From Candidatus Brocadiia bacterium (GTDB lineage Bacteria > Planctomycetota > MHYJ01 > JACQXL01), in contig JBBAAP010000011.1 in the NCBI GenBank assembly GCA_041658285.1, positions 3,308-67,307 of the forward strand: DNA of 64,000 nt, in the 5' to 3' direction. Shown one piece after another: positions 48,334 to 57,508 of this stretch. The notes under the pieces were generated by a model, which saw only the letters and a list, made by a program, of their open reading frames with translations, was not told the origin of the DNA and ran no database searches. Made by a program: the position numbers and the translations under genes. The number at the start of each line of letters is the position of its first letter. Position 1 is the first letter of the stretch.

Positions 48334-48675
48334 ATGAATAAAGCTTCGGGCATCCAGGAAATCACGAAAATATGCAAAGCCCTCTCGGTCGACAAGCGGG
48401 TGCGTATTATTCAGGTGCTGATGGGACGTTGTCTGTGCGTCGGCGCTATCTCATCGCAATTCGGAATATCGGCAGGGGCGGTATCGCAGCATCTCCGCAT
48501 TCTCAAAGAAGCCGGTTTGATAGAAGCGGAAAAACGCGGTTATTACGTCCATTATCGCATTAGAACCGGTACGCTGTCTAAATGGCGTTCCAGCATCGGG
48601 AAACTGATTGGAAAACCTATAGCCCCATTTAAAAATGTCAAGATGCAACGATGCACGATGTCTAAAATAAAATGA
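48334..48675 (+). CDS. ArsR/SmtB-family transcriptional regulator
   Basis: 113 aa. VRIIQVLMGRCLCVGAISSQFGISAGAVSQHLRILKEAGLI HTH with Cys pair. Confidence 0.8.
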   Translation: MNKASGIQEITKICKALSVDKRVRIIQVLMGRCLCVGAISSQFGISAGAVSQHLRILKEAGLIEAEKRGYYVHYRIRTGTLSKWRSSIGKLIGKPIAPFKNVKMQRCTMSKIK

Positions 48676-50051
48676 GCGCCAATAGAATATTCGCGGTGAC
48701 GTTTTCCTGGCTCTTGGCCATGAGCTATTTCGGCTGCGCCAGCCAGCCGGTCACCGGACCGGATTACAAGTCCTTGAACTCAAATCCCAAGTCGGCCCCG
48801 ATGCCTAGTTCCGTCCGTGGCGGCATAGCCCGTGGAAAATTGACATTGGATGATTGCCTGAGAATCGCCCTGGAGAACCATCCCAAATTGAAAATATACC
48901 AGACCAAAATCAAACAGCGTCAAGAATCGTACAATTCAGCAAAGGCGTTGGATTACCCGGTATTAAGTCTATCCACGAGTTACGACCGTTTATCCTACGT
49001 CTCGCCGGTCAAAAGGCAATTCCTGGGCGATTCGAACAATGATTACCAGGTCAGCCTGAACATTGAATCCCCGATATTCACCGGCGGCAGAATCACGGCC
49101 GAAAAGGAACAGGCTAGGTACTCGATAAACGGCGCCCGAGAGGATTATCGCGGCACCGAACTCGAAGTGATTCACGGCGTCAAATCGGTCTATTATAAAT
49201 TATCCGTGGCCGAAGAAATGGTTGCCATCCGGCAGGATTTATCGGCCAAGCTGAACGCTTTCTGGGAAATCGCCAAAGAGCTCAACCAGCGGATGAAAAC
49301 GCCCCGGGAAGAAGTGCTCCTGCGGATTGAAGTGCAAGTTAACAACGCCGAGCAGGAATTAATCAATGCCCAAACCAACGTCAGGATACTAAAAGAACTC
49401 CTGCTCAATGCCATGGGTTTGAACCCCGGCGGGCAAACGCAGATGGAAATACAGGCTATTGATATGTCCCGGCAATTACCCGGCGACCCAAGCCAGGAGA
49501 ATATGGATTTGAACGCAGGCAATAATCCCGACCTTTTTAAGCTGGAGCAGGAGCTGAAAAGGGCTCAGGAATCGGTCAGCCTGGCCCGGAGCGAGTATTT
49601 CCCGCAAGTCAAGTTGCGCGGTTCGTACGGCTACGAATGGGCGACGCTCCCGCCCGAAAGGGATACTTGGAGTTTCGGGCTGGTAATGAACCTGCCGCTT
49701 TGGGATTGGGGGCGTGTTAATTCCAAGGTCAAACAGGCCAACGCCTATCTGGAAGAAATAAACGCGACCAAGGAGTTCACGGAGCAAAAAGTATCACTCG
49801 AAGTCAAAAGCGCTTTCCTTGACTACCAATCAAGCCGGCAAAGGGCCCGGATTGCATATGACAGTTTGAGCAAGTCCAGCAAGAGCCTGGACATCTTCGA
49901 ACAAAGGTATAAAGACAACACCGTGACCAGCCTGGACGTTCTGGATGCCTACCAGTCCTACGCCACGGCCCGGTCGAATCACGCCCAGGCGGTATTGTCG
50001 ATGTATTTATCCCAGGCCGCGCTCGAACGGCTTTTAGGTAAAACCAAATGA
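48672..50051 (+). CDS. outer-membrane efflux protein (TolC/OMF family)
   Basis: 459 aa with lipoprotein-like signal. Two-fold repeat of the OEP motif, and coiled-coil segments. Confidence 0.75.
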   Translation: MSANRIFAVTFSWLLAMSYFGCASQPVTGPDYKSLNSNPKSAPMPSSVRGGIARGKLTLDDCLRIALENHPKLKIYQTKIKQRQESYNSAKALDYPVLSLSTSYDRLSYVSPVKRQFLGDSNNDYQVSLNIESPIFTGGRITAEKEQARYSINGAREDYRGTELEVIHGVKSVYYKLSVAEEMVAIRQDLSAKLNAFWEIAKELNQRMKTPREEVLLRIEVQVNNAEQELINAQTNVRILKELLLNAMGLNPGGQTQMEIQAIDMSRQLPGDPSQENMDLNAGNNPDLFKLEQELKRAQESVSLARSEYFPQVKLRGSYGYEWATLPPERDTWSFGLVMNLPLWDWGRVNSKVKQANAYLEEINATKEFTEQKVSLEVKSAFLDYQSSRQRARIAYDSLSKSSKSLDIFEQRYKDNTVTSLDVLDAYQSYATARSNHAQAVLSMYLSQAALERLLGKTK

Positions 50052-53000
50052 ACATAAGTGATCTGTCCATAAAAAGGCCCATCGGCGTCTTGGTGCTTAC
50101 ATTAACGGTGGTGATATTGGGACTTTTCTTCCTGAGCACGATTTCGGTCGACCTCCTGCCCCGGATAACCTATCCGATGGTCAGGATTGTGATTGACTGG
50201 AAAGGCGCCAGCCCCGAAGAAGTCGAAGAGAACATCACCAAGAAGGTCGAGGCCAGCGTCGCCACCACGGAAGACGCGGTCATGGTCATTTCCAACTCCA
50301 TCGAGGGCAATACTTCGTTAGAGGTTTCGTTCGAGTTCGGCAAGGATATGGATATCGCCCTCCAGGATACCCGGGCAAAGCTGGACCTGATAAAGAAAGA
50401 ACTGCCCAAAGACGCTGACGAACCCAAGATTTTCAAGGCCGACCCTTCGAACCTGCCTATTGTGGACGTGGCGGTCTTCTCCGAAACCAGGGACGAAAGA
50501 TACCTGCGTCAATGGGTGGAGAATGATTTAAGCAATTATTTTCTGGGCATCACCGGCCTGGGCTCGATCGTCACCAGCGGCGGGAAAATACGGGAAATAC
50601 AAATCGTATTCAACCAGGAGAAAATCCAGCGCTACGAGATTTCCACCGATCAGGTATTGGCCGCGCTCAAAGCTGGGAATATAGAATTACCCACCGGCCG
50701 GATAACCGCCGGCGAAAAGGAATACACCGTTAGGCTTTTAGCCAAGTTCAATAATATGGAAGAGATTAAAAATACCATCGTGGCTAACCGTGAAGGGTGG
50801 CTGATAAAGGTGGCCGATGTCGCCGAAGTGACCGATTCTTACGAAGAACAACGGGTGCTGACCAGGTTCAACAACCAGCCCTGCGTGCTGATGAGCTTCT
50901 TCAAACAGCCCAATGCCAACACCGTCAGGATAGTATCGGGCATAGAGAAAAAGGCCAAAGAGCTCAAAAGAAAGAAGATCATCCCCGACGACATAAACTA
51001 CGCCGTGGCCTCAAGCCAGGCCTATTACATCGTCAACTCCATCAATAACGTCAGCTCTTCGGCCATCATAGGCAGCATATTGGCCATTCTCGCCATATGG
51101 TTTTTCCTGCACGACATAAAAAGGACTTTGATTATCGGCATCGCCGTGCCGGTCAGCATCCTGGGCACATTCATCCTGATGGGGTTCTTCGACCTGACGC
51201 TCAACATATTCTCGTTGGGAGGATTGGTCCTGGCCGTCGGCATGCTGGTGGACAATGCCATCGTCATGCTTGAGAATATCACCAGGCACCAGAAAGACTC
51301 GGACGACCCCAAAGAGGGCGCCCGGTCCGGCAGCCGCGAGGTGATCAGCGCCCTGGCCGCATCCACCCTCACCAACGTCGCGGCCATCGTCCCCTTTTTC
51401 CTGATAACCGGGCTATCCGCACTGCTCTTCAGGGATTTTGTCATCACCATTACCGTGGCTTTTGTCATCTCATTATTGGTCAGCCTGACGGTCGTGCCGG
51501 CGCTCTCGGCCCACCTCATCAAACCCATAAACCCCAATGCCGCCCAGACCCTGTCCATGCGATTTCTCGACGGTCTGACGATATTTTATAAACGGCTGCT
51601 CCAGAGCGCATTGAAACACCGGGTAATATTGTTTGGCTCTGTCCTGATGATGCTGGCGTTCAGCCTGTTCCTGATCGGACGCATTGGCCGCGAGTTCCTG
51701 CCGCCCATGGATGACGGCAAGGTCACGGTCAAGCTCAAGATGCCCATCGGCACGGCCCTGGAAAAGACCAACCAGGTCACCAAAAAAATAGAAGAGCTGA
51801 TTAAGTCCATGCCCGGCGTGGAGAAATTCTATACTCAGGCCGGCGGGTATTGGTACCGCAAGAACATCTACGAAAAGGCCAACGAGTCTGAACTGCAAAT
51901 CCAGCTTCTGCCTAAGGCCAAACGCCCCTTAGCCACCAACGAATTCGTCAAGAAACTGCAGAAGAAAATAAAGGACCAATCCATTCCCAAGGCGAAAATC
52001 AAGGTGATGCGCACGCCCCTCAAAGGGATAAGAACCACCTCGACCTCGGATATCGACGTCCGGGTCAAAGGCTATAACCTTGATAAACTATACGGCATCG
52101 CCAGGGACATCCAGGACAAGATAAAGGATGTCGCCGGATTAAGCAACCTGGATATATCGATAGATTTATCCAAGCCGGAACTGCATATAATATTGGACCG
52201 GGAAAAGATGAGTTATTTCGGCCTGACCGCTAATAATGTCTCGGAGATGCTCAAAGCGGCGGTGGATGGCGCGGTTAACACCCAATTCACGGACAAAGAG
52301 TTGAACGTTGATTACGATATTCGGCTACTGGTCAACCCGCTGGCCTTGAACAGCAAAGACACGGTCGAAAATATCATCTTGTATCCGCCCAATAAAGCCG
52401 AGATACGGCTGAAAGAAATAGGCCGGGTGGAAATATCCGAAGGTCCGGTCCAGATAGACCGGGAAAACCAGGTCCGGCTGGTGGAAATAACCGGAGACGC
52501 CACCGGCAGAAACGTCGGCCTGATAACCAGTGATGTCAAGTCCCGGCTCGGCGCCTTAACACTGCCCCAGGGATACACCATAAACTACGGCGGCGAAGCA
52601 GAATCCATCAGCCAGTCCAACAATCAGCTAATCATCGTCATTATCCTGGCCATATTCCTGGTCTTTGTGGTCATGGCCGTCCAGTACGAATCCTTGATAG
52701 ACCCGCTGGTCATAATGATTACCCTGCCGCTGACCCTGATAGGCGCGGCTGTTTTTATGGCCGCCACCGGAACCACCTTCGGGGCCACGGCCTTTTTAGG
52801 GCTGATTCTGCTGGTTGGCATAGTCGTCAACAACGCCATCATCCTGGTCGAATACATCAATATCCTGCGCCGGGAGCAGGGGCGGAACATTCACGACGCG
52901 GTCTTAGAGGCGCCGCCCATAAGGTTGCGCCCGATTCTTATGACTAACCTGACCACCATAGTCGGGCTGTTGCCGATTGTCTTGGGCTGGGGCGAAGGAC

Positions 53001-53110
53001 TGGAAATGCTCCAGCCATTAGCCATAGTCATCATCGGCGGCCTGGGGTTCGGTATGGTGCTGACGCTTTTTGTGATTCCGGCAGTTTACCTGACGCTTCA
53101 TAAACATTAG
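50048..53110 (+). CDS. RND efflux transporter permease (AcrB/CzcA superfamily)
   Basis: 1020 aa. 12-TM topology with two large periplasmic loops. TM4 GLVLAVGMLVDNAIVMLENI. Overlaps the OMF gene by 4 nt. Confidence 0.9.
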   Translation: MNISDLSIKRPIGVLVLTLTVVILGLFFLSTISVDLLPRITYPMVRIVIDWKGASPEEVEENITKKVEASVATTEDAVMVISNSIEGNTSLEVSFEFGKDMDIALQDTRAKLDLIKKELPKDADEPKIFKADPSNLPIVDVAVFSETRDERYLRQWVENDLSNYFLGITGLGSIVTSGGKIREIQIVFNQEKIQRYEISTDQVLAALKAGNIELPTGRITAGEKEYTVRLLAKFNNMEEIKNTIVANREGWLIKVADVAEVTDSYEEQRVLTRFNNQPCVLMSFFKQPNANTVRIVSGIEKKAKELKRKKIIPDDINYAVASSQAYYIVNSINNVSSSAIIGSILAILAIWFFLHDIKRTLIIGIAVPVSILGTFILMGFFDLTLNIFSLGGLVLAVGMLVDNAIVMLENITRHQKDSDDPKEGARSGSREVISALAASTLTNVAAIVPFFLITGLSALLFRDFVITITVAFVISLLVSLTVVPALSAHLIKPINPNAAQTLSMRFLDGLTIFYKRLLQSALKHRVILFGSVLMMLAFSLFLIGRIGREFLPPMDDGKVTVKLKMPIGTALEKTNQVTKKIEELIKSMPGVEKFYTQAGGYWYRKNIYEKANESELQIQLLPKAKRPLATNEFVKKLQKKIKDQSIPKAKIKVMRTPLKGIRTTSTSDIDVRVKGYNLDKLYGIARDIQDKIKDVAGLSNLDISIDLSKPELHIILDREKMSYFGLTANNVSEMLKAAVDGAVNTQFTDKELNVDYDIRLLVNPLALNSKDTVENIILYPPNKAEIRLKEIGRVEISEGPVQIDRENQVRLVEITGDATGRNVGLITSDVKSRLGALTLPQGYTINYGGEAESISQSNNQLIIVIILAIFLVFVVMAVQYESLIDPLVIMITLPLTLIGAAVFMAATGTTFGATAFLGLILLVGIVVNNAIILVEYINILRREQGRNIHDAVLEAPPIRLRPILMTNLTTIVGLLPIVLGWGEGLEMLQPLAIVIIGGLGFGMVLTLFVIPAVYLTLHKH

Positions 53111-53123
53111 AAAAGGAGAGGCT

Positions 53124-53444
53124 ATGAAAATAGGAGTGGTAATTTCGAGTAATGATGCCGAGACCTGCTGGAATGCGCTGAGATACGCCAACTATTGCAT
53201 CGGGCAGAAGGATGAAGTCAGGGTATTCCTTATGGGTAAAGGAGTCGAATACCAGAAGGTCAGCACCGACAAATTCAACAACATCGAGCAAGCCGCTAAA
53301 ATCATCAAATCAGGCGGCAAGGTTTTCGCCTGCGGAACGTGCATCAAATCCCGGGAGCAGGAAAGCTCGGAAATGTGCCCGATGTCGACCATGAAGGATA
53401 TGTACGAGATTGTCAAAGAGAGCGACAAGGTCGTGACTTTCTGA
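53124..53444 (+). CDS. DsrE/DsrF-like sulfur-relay fold protein
   Basis: 106 aa. MKIGVVISSNDAETCWNALRYA...FACGTC motif. RBS AAGGAGAGG upstream. Confidence 0.6.
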   Translation: MKIGVVISSNDAETCWNALRYANYCIGQKDEVRVFLMGKGVEYQKVSTDKFNNIEQAAKIIKSGGKVFACGTCIKSREQESSEMCPMSTMKDMYEIVKESDKVVTF

Positions 53445-53570
53445 TTTATTTCGACGGTCAAGCGAGACACCTGCCTGCGGCGCACAGGCAGAGACCAGAG
53501 CCTACCGGCTCGCATGTTATTCCACCATCAACACTTCGAGAAATATTAATATTCCCCCATTCCCATACCT

Positions 53571-53710
53571 TCCCCGGGTAGTATGGGTAACTTCCCCCGG
53601 TAGTATAGGCAACCTCTCCGGGTAGTATAGGTAACCTCCCCGCCTAGTATAGGTAACTACCCCCGGTAGTATAGGTAATATCCCCCCGTAGTATAGGTAA
53701 TATCCCCGTG
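53571..53710. repeat. direct tandem array, about 6 copies of a 22-bp unit (CCCGGTAGTATAGGTAACCTCC-like)
   Basis: Visible by eye. Confidence 0.8.
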
Positions 53711-53811
53711 AACGCTAGGGACACATCCCATCCCCGGTAACGCACTAACCAGGCCCCTTCCAGGCCGTACTTTTCTCGGTTTCCGCTCAAATCCTTATTT
53801 AATTCGAGATA

Positions 53812-53852
53812 GAGGGGGGGGGAGATACCTACCCCCCTCCCCCCTAACCTCT
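53812..53852. repeat. G-run/C-run palindrome (GGGGGGGGGAGATACCTACCCCCCTCCCCCC)
   Basis: Homologous in type and position to 2421-2455. Confidence 0.7.
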
Positions 53853-53859
53853 ACTTCCT

Positions 53860-54478
53860 ATATCTATAACCCCTATATAGAGTATGGATAACTCCCATAG
53901 GTGGTGTCAGTAATTCCCATAGGCGGTATAGATAACCTCTATGAGGTGTGTGAATTACTGCTATAGTGAGTACTAATAATTCCCATAGGCGATATCAATA
54001 ACCCCTGTAAGGGGTGTGGATGACTACTATGGGACATCTGGGTAATACCTATAAGCAGTATCGATAATCCCTATAGGATATGTTGTAAACTGGTATTAGG
54101 TGTATCGAAAACTGGGACTAGGCATATCGAAAACGGGGATAGATGATATCGGAAACGGGGATAGGGTGTATCGGAAACCGGGACTAGGCATATCGAAAAC
54201 GGGGATAGATGATATCGGAAACGGGGATAGGTGATATCTAAAACGGGGATAGGGTGTATCGAAAACGGGTAATAGGTGTATCGAAAACGGGGATAGGGTG
54301 TATCGAAAACCGGTAGTGGGTGTGTCGAAAATGGGGATTGGGCGTATCGAAAACCGGGGCTAGGTGTATCGAAAACGGGGATAGGTGATATCTAAAATGG
54401 GGATAGGTGATATCGAAAACGGGGATTGAGCGTATCGAAAACCGGTAGCGGGTGTATCGAAAACCCATACTACCATCA
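53860..54478. repeat. direct tandem array, about 28 copies of a 22-bp unit (TATCGATAAC...TATAGG grading into TATCGAAAACGGGGATAGGGTG)
   Basis: Strict 22-bp phase throughout. The first ~12 units are about 90% identical to 2460-2725. The spurious minus-strand 76-aa ORF at 54238-54468 lies within this array. Confidence 0.9.
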
Positions 54479-54516
54479 AAAAAATAAGTGATAATAAGAT
54501 GGTAGTGGATGGGGTT

Positions 54517-57342
54517 CTACTTCGGAAGCGGCACATCCGGCGCTAACTGCTTGACCTTGGTTGCCATATCCGCGGCCTCTTTGAGCCGGCCTTTTAACCT
54601 GTAGAAGTTCATCAGGTTATAATAGCCCAGATAGTCGTTGGGCTTATACTTTACGAGCATCTGGTTGGTGCGCTCGAACATTAGCTCCTGGTTGGGGTCG
54701 CGCATTACTTCCTGCCCGCTCTTGTGCACTAAAGCGGCCTTATAATAGTTTTCCACCGCTTCGTTGATTTTACCCTGGTCTAGGTAGATGTCGCCCAGAT
54801 GGGCGAAGGTCTCGGAGAATTCGGGGTCTATCCGGGCGGCCGCCTGGTATCGCTCGATGGCATTGGCCAGGTCGCGCTGTTCGTAATAGGTCTCGCCCCA
54901 TTCGTTCATCAGCGAGGGGTTGTGCGGGCTGAGCTTGCAGGCGGCCCAGTAATACTTGTGCGATTGGTCGTAGCGCTCCTGCCGCTCGGCCGGATTGTTT
55001 GCCGCCTGCGCCCAGACCCGGTAGAACCTGCCGATGTTGGCGTTGCGGGTGGGGCTGAGCCGTTCGTATTCGATGGACTTCATCAGGTACTTGTTGCATT
55101 CGGCCAGCAGTTCGGCCCGCTTGCGGGCGTCTTTTTCGATGTAGTATTTTTCCAGGTAGACCCGGGCGATGGACGCGGCGTAGTAGCTGTTGTCCATCGA
55201 ATGCTTGACCGCCTCCTGGTAGTGGTAAAGGACCGTGTCCCATTGCCGGGACTTCTCGTGCGACACGCCTATCTTATAGAGGATGTTGCCCCGGATGGGG
55301 TCGATGTTGGTATAGAATATGAATATCAGCCCGGCCAGGATGCCGACGACAGAGATGCCAATCGTGGACGACTTTATGAATGTTGCGCCGGATGTTTGTC
55401 CCGGCAGCGCCCAGGCCAGGGTGATGATGCCTATCAGGAGCCAGACGCTCAGGAAGGTGATGGTGTCTATGGGCGAATTGAACGGCGGCAGGAACGAGAA
55501 GAGTATGAATACGAATATGCCGGCGCCGACAGCCGCGCCGATGGCGGCCGTGATAATCGAGCCCAGCTTGGCTCCGATCGTGAAATACCAGACCGTAGCC
55601 AACGCCAGCCAGCTCAGGCCGAGCAGTACAATCGCCCGGGTTATCGGGCCGGAGGTCTCAACCGAGTACTGGAAGAAGAACAGGTCAAAGGCGAAGAGGG
55701 AGAGAATCAGGACCAGAATAATGATGAATGTCCCTCGGGAATACTCGGGATAAATTGAATTATGGGTGCTGAATGATGGATTAATATTGCTGCTTTTTTC
55801 TTGCGGAGTTTGTTCATTCTGCATTCCGAATTCTACATTCCGAATTAGGACGGCCAGGAATATCCAGAAATATGTCCGCGAGGCGGTCAGGTCGATGCCG
55901 AACTGTGTCTCGACGAAGTGGCCGATGATAGCGCTGAAAATCCCGATTTGCCAAATAGGTACTGAGAGTTTATTATCTATGATCTCCGTGTGCTCAGTGC
56001 CTCTGCGGCTAACTAAATAATAGAAAAGGTAGAGCACGGCGCCCATGACCAGTCCGATGGGTACGCCGATGGAGGAATAGATGAACGAGCCTTGGACCAG
56101 GTGCGGGATGGCCAGCCCGCTCAGTCCGCCCAGGGCCAGTAAGATTATCAGAATCAGTGACTGGGGCTTGGACGCAACCAGTTTGAGATACCGGAAGAAC
56201 CAGAAGATAATCCCGGCGAAGAGGAGCAGGTAGAGCGTTGCGCCTATGAGCCCGTTGGTGATGAGCGTGTCGAAGAGCTCGTTATGCGCCCGGTCAGGGA
56301 AGGCTATCTTATGCTCGCTGCGCACCAGCTCGGGCGGAGCATATTTGTGGTAGGGAATGAACATATTCTCCGGCCCGTAGCCGACCAGCGCCCGGTTGGT
56401 GTCGGACCTGGCCATATTGGTGACGCCTTCCCAGATGAGCAGCCTGACTTTGGCGGCCGGCTCTTTGGATTCGAATATCTGGCCGAACCGGCCGAACATC
56501 GGCTTGATGCCGGACAGCGGCGAGTTGGGCACGTTGAGCAACAGCAGGAACCCGACCAGCAGACCGGCTCCGGCATAGGTAACATAGGCCAGCCATTTCC
56601 GGCCGTAGACGGCGGCGCTTAAGGTGATAAAGAAGAACAGCCCGGTCATCAGGCCCAGGAACGGGCCGCGGCTCTGGGTCAGCCACAGGCTGAGCATTTG
56701 CAGGACCAATAATGCGGCCAGGACGATATGCCTGGCTCGGATGGGTAGTCTGAACTCGTAGAGCAGACTGGCTATTGTCACGGGGATGACCATAATCAGG
56801 TAAGAGCCCAGGAAGATGGGGTTGCCCAGGGTCGAGCCGATACGGCGCGAGAAGTCGGTGTCCCAGGTGAGCGGGTCGAGCTTGAGCTTCTGGGCGAAGC
56901 CGTATAATATTATGGGGATGCTGGTCAGGAGCACGGCGGTGATGATGCGTTTTATTTGTTCGGCGGACTTGAGCGATGACAGGGTAATGATGAATACGAC
57001 GAAATAGCCCAGCAGGGTGTAGGTTCCCTGTCCGCGTGAGTAGCTTCCCCACCAGCTGGTATGGAAGGCCACGCCGATGATGCTGGAAAACAGGTAGCTG
57101 GCGAAGAGCAATATGGCCGTGACGGGGATGAAACCGCGCCAGGCGGAGTCGCCGGGGCCGGACTCGGCCCGCCTGATGGCGTAGGCCGCCAGCATAATCA
57201 CGGCGATGGAGCGGATCAGGGTGCTTTTGTCCGGGTCGAATACGGTGTTAGAATGGTAGTTAAAGAAGAGCGGAGCGATTATCAGGGCCAGCAGCCAGCA
57301 GGCCTCGATGACCTTGTCGCAGAATAAGCCGACCTTAGACAT
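54517..57342 (-). CDS. O-antigen ligase/polymerase-like multi-TM protein fused to C-terminal TPR repeats
   Basis: 941 aa. More than 10 TM segments with a Wzy_C-like RGPFLGLMTGLFFF region. The C-terminal third is TPR (repeated AxxYxxLG patterns). Confidence 0.6.
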   Translation of the reverse strand: MSKVGLFCDKVIEACWLLALIIAPLFFNYHSNTVFDPDKSTLIRSIAVIMLAAYAIRRAESGPGDSAWRGFIPVTAILLFASYLFSSIIGVAFHTSWWGSYSRGQGTYTLLGYFVVFIITLSSLKSAEQIKRIITAVLLTSIPIILYGFAQKLKLDPLTWDTDFSRRIGSTLGNPIFLGSYLIMVIPVTIASLLYEFRLPIRARHIVLAALLVLQMLSLWLTQSRGPFLGLMTGLFFFITLSAAVYGRKWLAYVTYAGAGLLVGFLLLLNVPNSPLSGIKPMFGRFGQIFESKEPAAKVRLLIWEGVTNMARSDTNRALVGYGPENMFIPYHKYAPPELVRSEHKIAFPDRAHNELFDTLITNGLIGATLYLLLFAGIIFWFFRYLKLVASKPQSLILIILLALGGLSGLAIPHLVQGSFIYSSIGVPIGLVMGAVLYLFYYLVSRRGTEHTEIIDNKLSVPIWQIGIFSAIIGHFVETQFGIDLTASRTYFWIFLAVLIRNVEFGMQNEQTPQEKSSNINPSFSTHNSIYPEYSRGTFIIILVLILSLFAFDLFFFQYSVETSGPITRAIVLLGLSWLALATVWYFTIGAKLGSIITAAIGAAVGAGIFVFILFSFLPPFNSPIDTITFLSVWLLIGIITLAWALPGQTSGATFIKSSTIGISVVGILAGLIFIFYTNIDPIRGNILYKIGVSHEKSRQWDTVLYHYQEAVKHSMDNSYYAASIARVYLEKYYIEKDARKRAELLAECNKYLMKSIEYERLSPTRNANIGRFYRVWAQAANNPAERQERYDQSHKYYWAACKLSPHNPSLMNEWGETYYEQRDLANAIERYQAAARIDPEFSETFAHLGDIYLDQGKINEAVENYYKAALVHKSGQEVMRDPNQELMFERTNQMLVKYKPNDYLGYYNLMNFYRLKGRLKEAADMATKVKQLAPDVPLPK

Positions 57343-57349
57343 AAATTAA

Positions 57350-57500
57350 TATTACCACGAAGGCACGAAATAACAAAAACACGAAGTTTAGAGTCTTCTT
57401 AATTTAGTGTTTTCGTGGTATTCTAATAGTCTTTTTTTTTCCTAACTATCTTATTCCTTTTCCTTATTTTTCCCTTTCGAGCTTTCGTGGTAAAGGTATT
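57350..57500. promoter_or_regulatory. cluster of TACCACGAA / TTCGTGGTA inverted-repeat half-sites in the upstream region of the minus-strand O-antigen-ligase-like gene
   Basis: ttaccacgaaggcacgaaataacaaaaacacgaag ... gttttcgtggtattc ... gctttcgtggtaaagg. Confidence 0.35.
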
Positions 57501-57508
57501 CTTGTTGT

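Noticed and set aside
54238-54468. 76-aa minus-strand ORF (MGFRYTRYRFSIRSIPVFD...)
   Set aside because: It lies wholly inside the 22-bp tandem array, and its repetitive amino-acid pattern mirrors the DNA unit. It is spurious.
54799-57052. Long antisense or shadow ORFs inside the 941-aa minus-strand gene (54799-55758 +, 55319-55753 +, 56309-57052 -, 54770-55243 -)
   Set aside because: They are high-GC shadow frames with Arg/Pro/Gly-rich low-complexity translations and no RBS. The 941-aa frame has coherent TM and TPR architecture.
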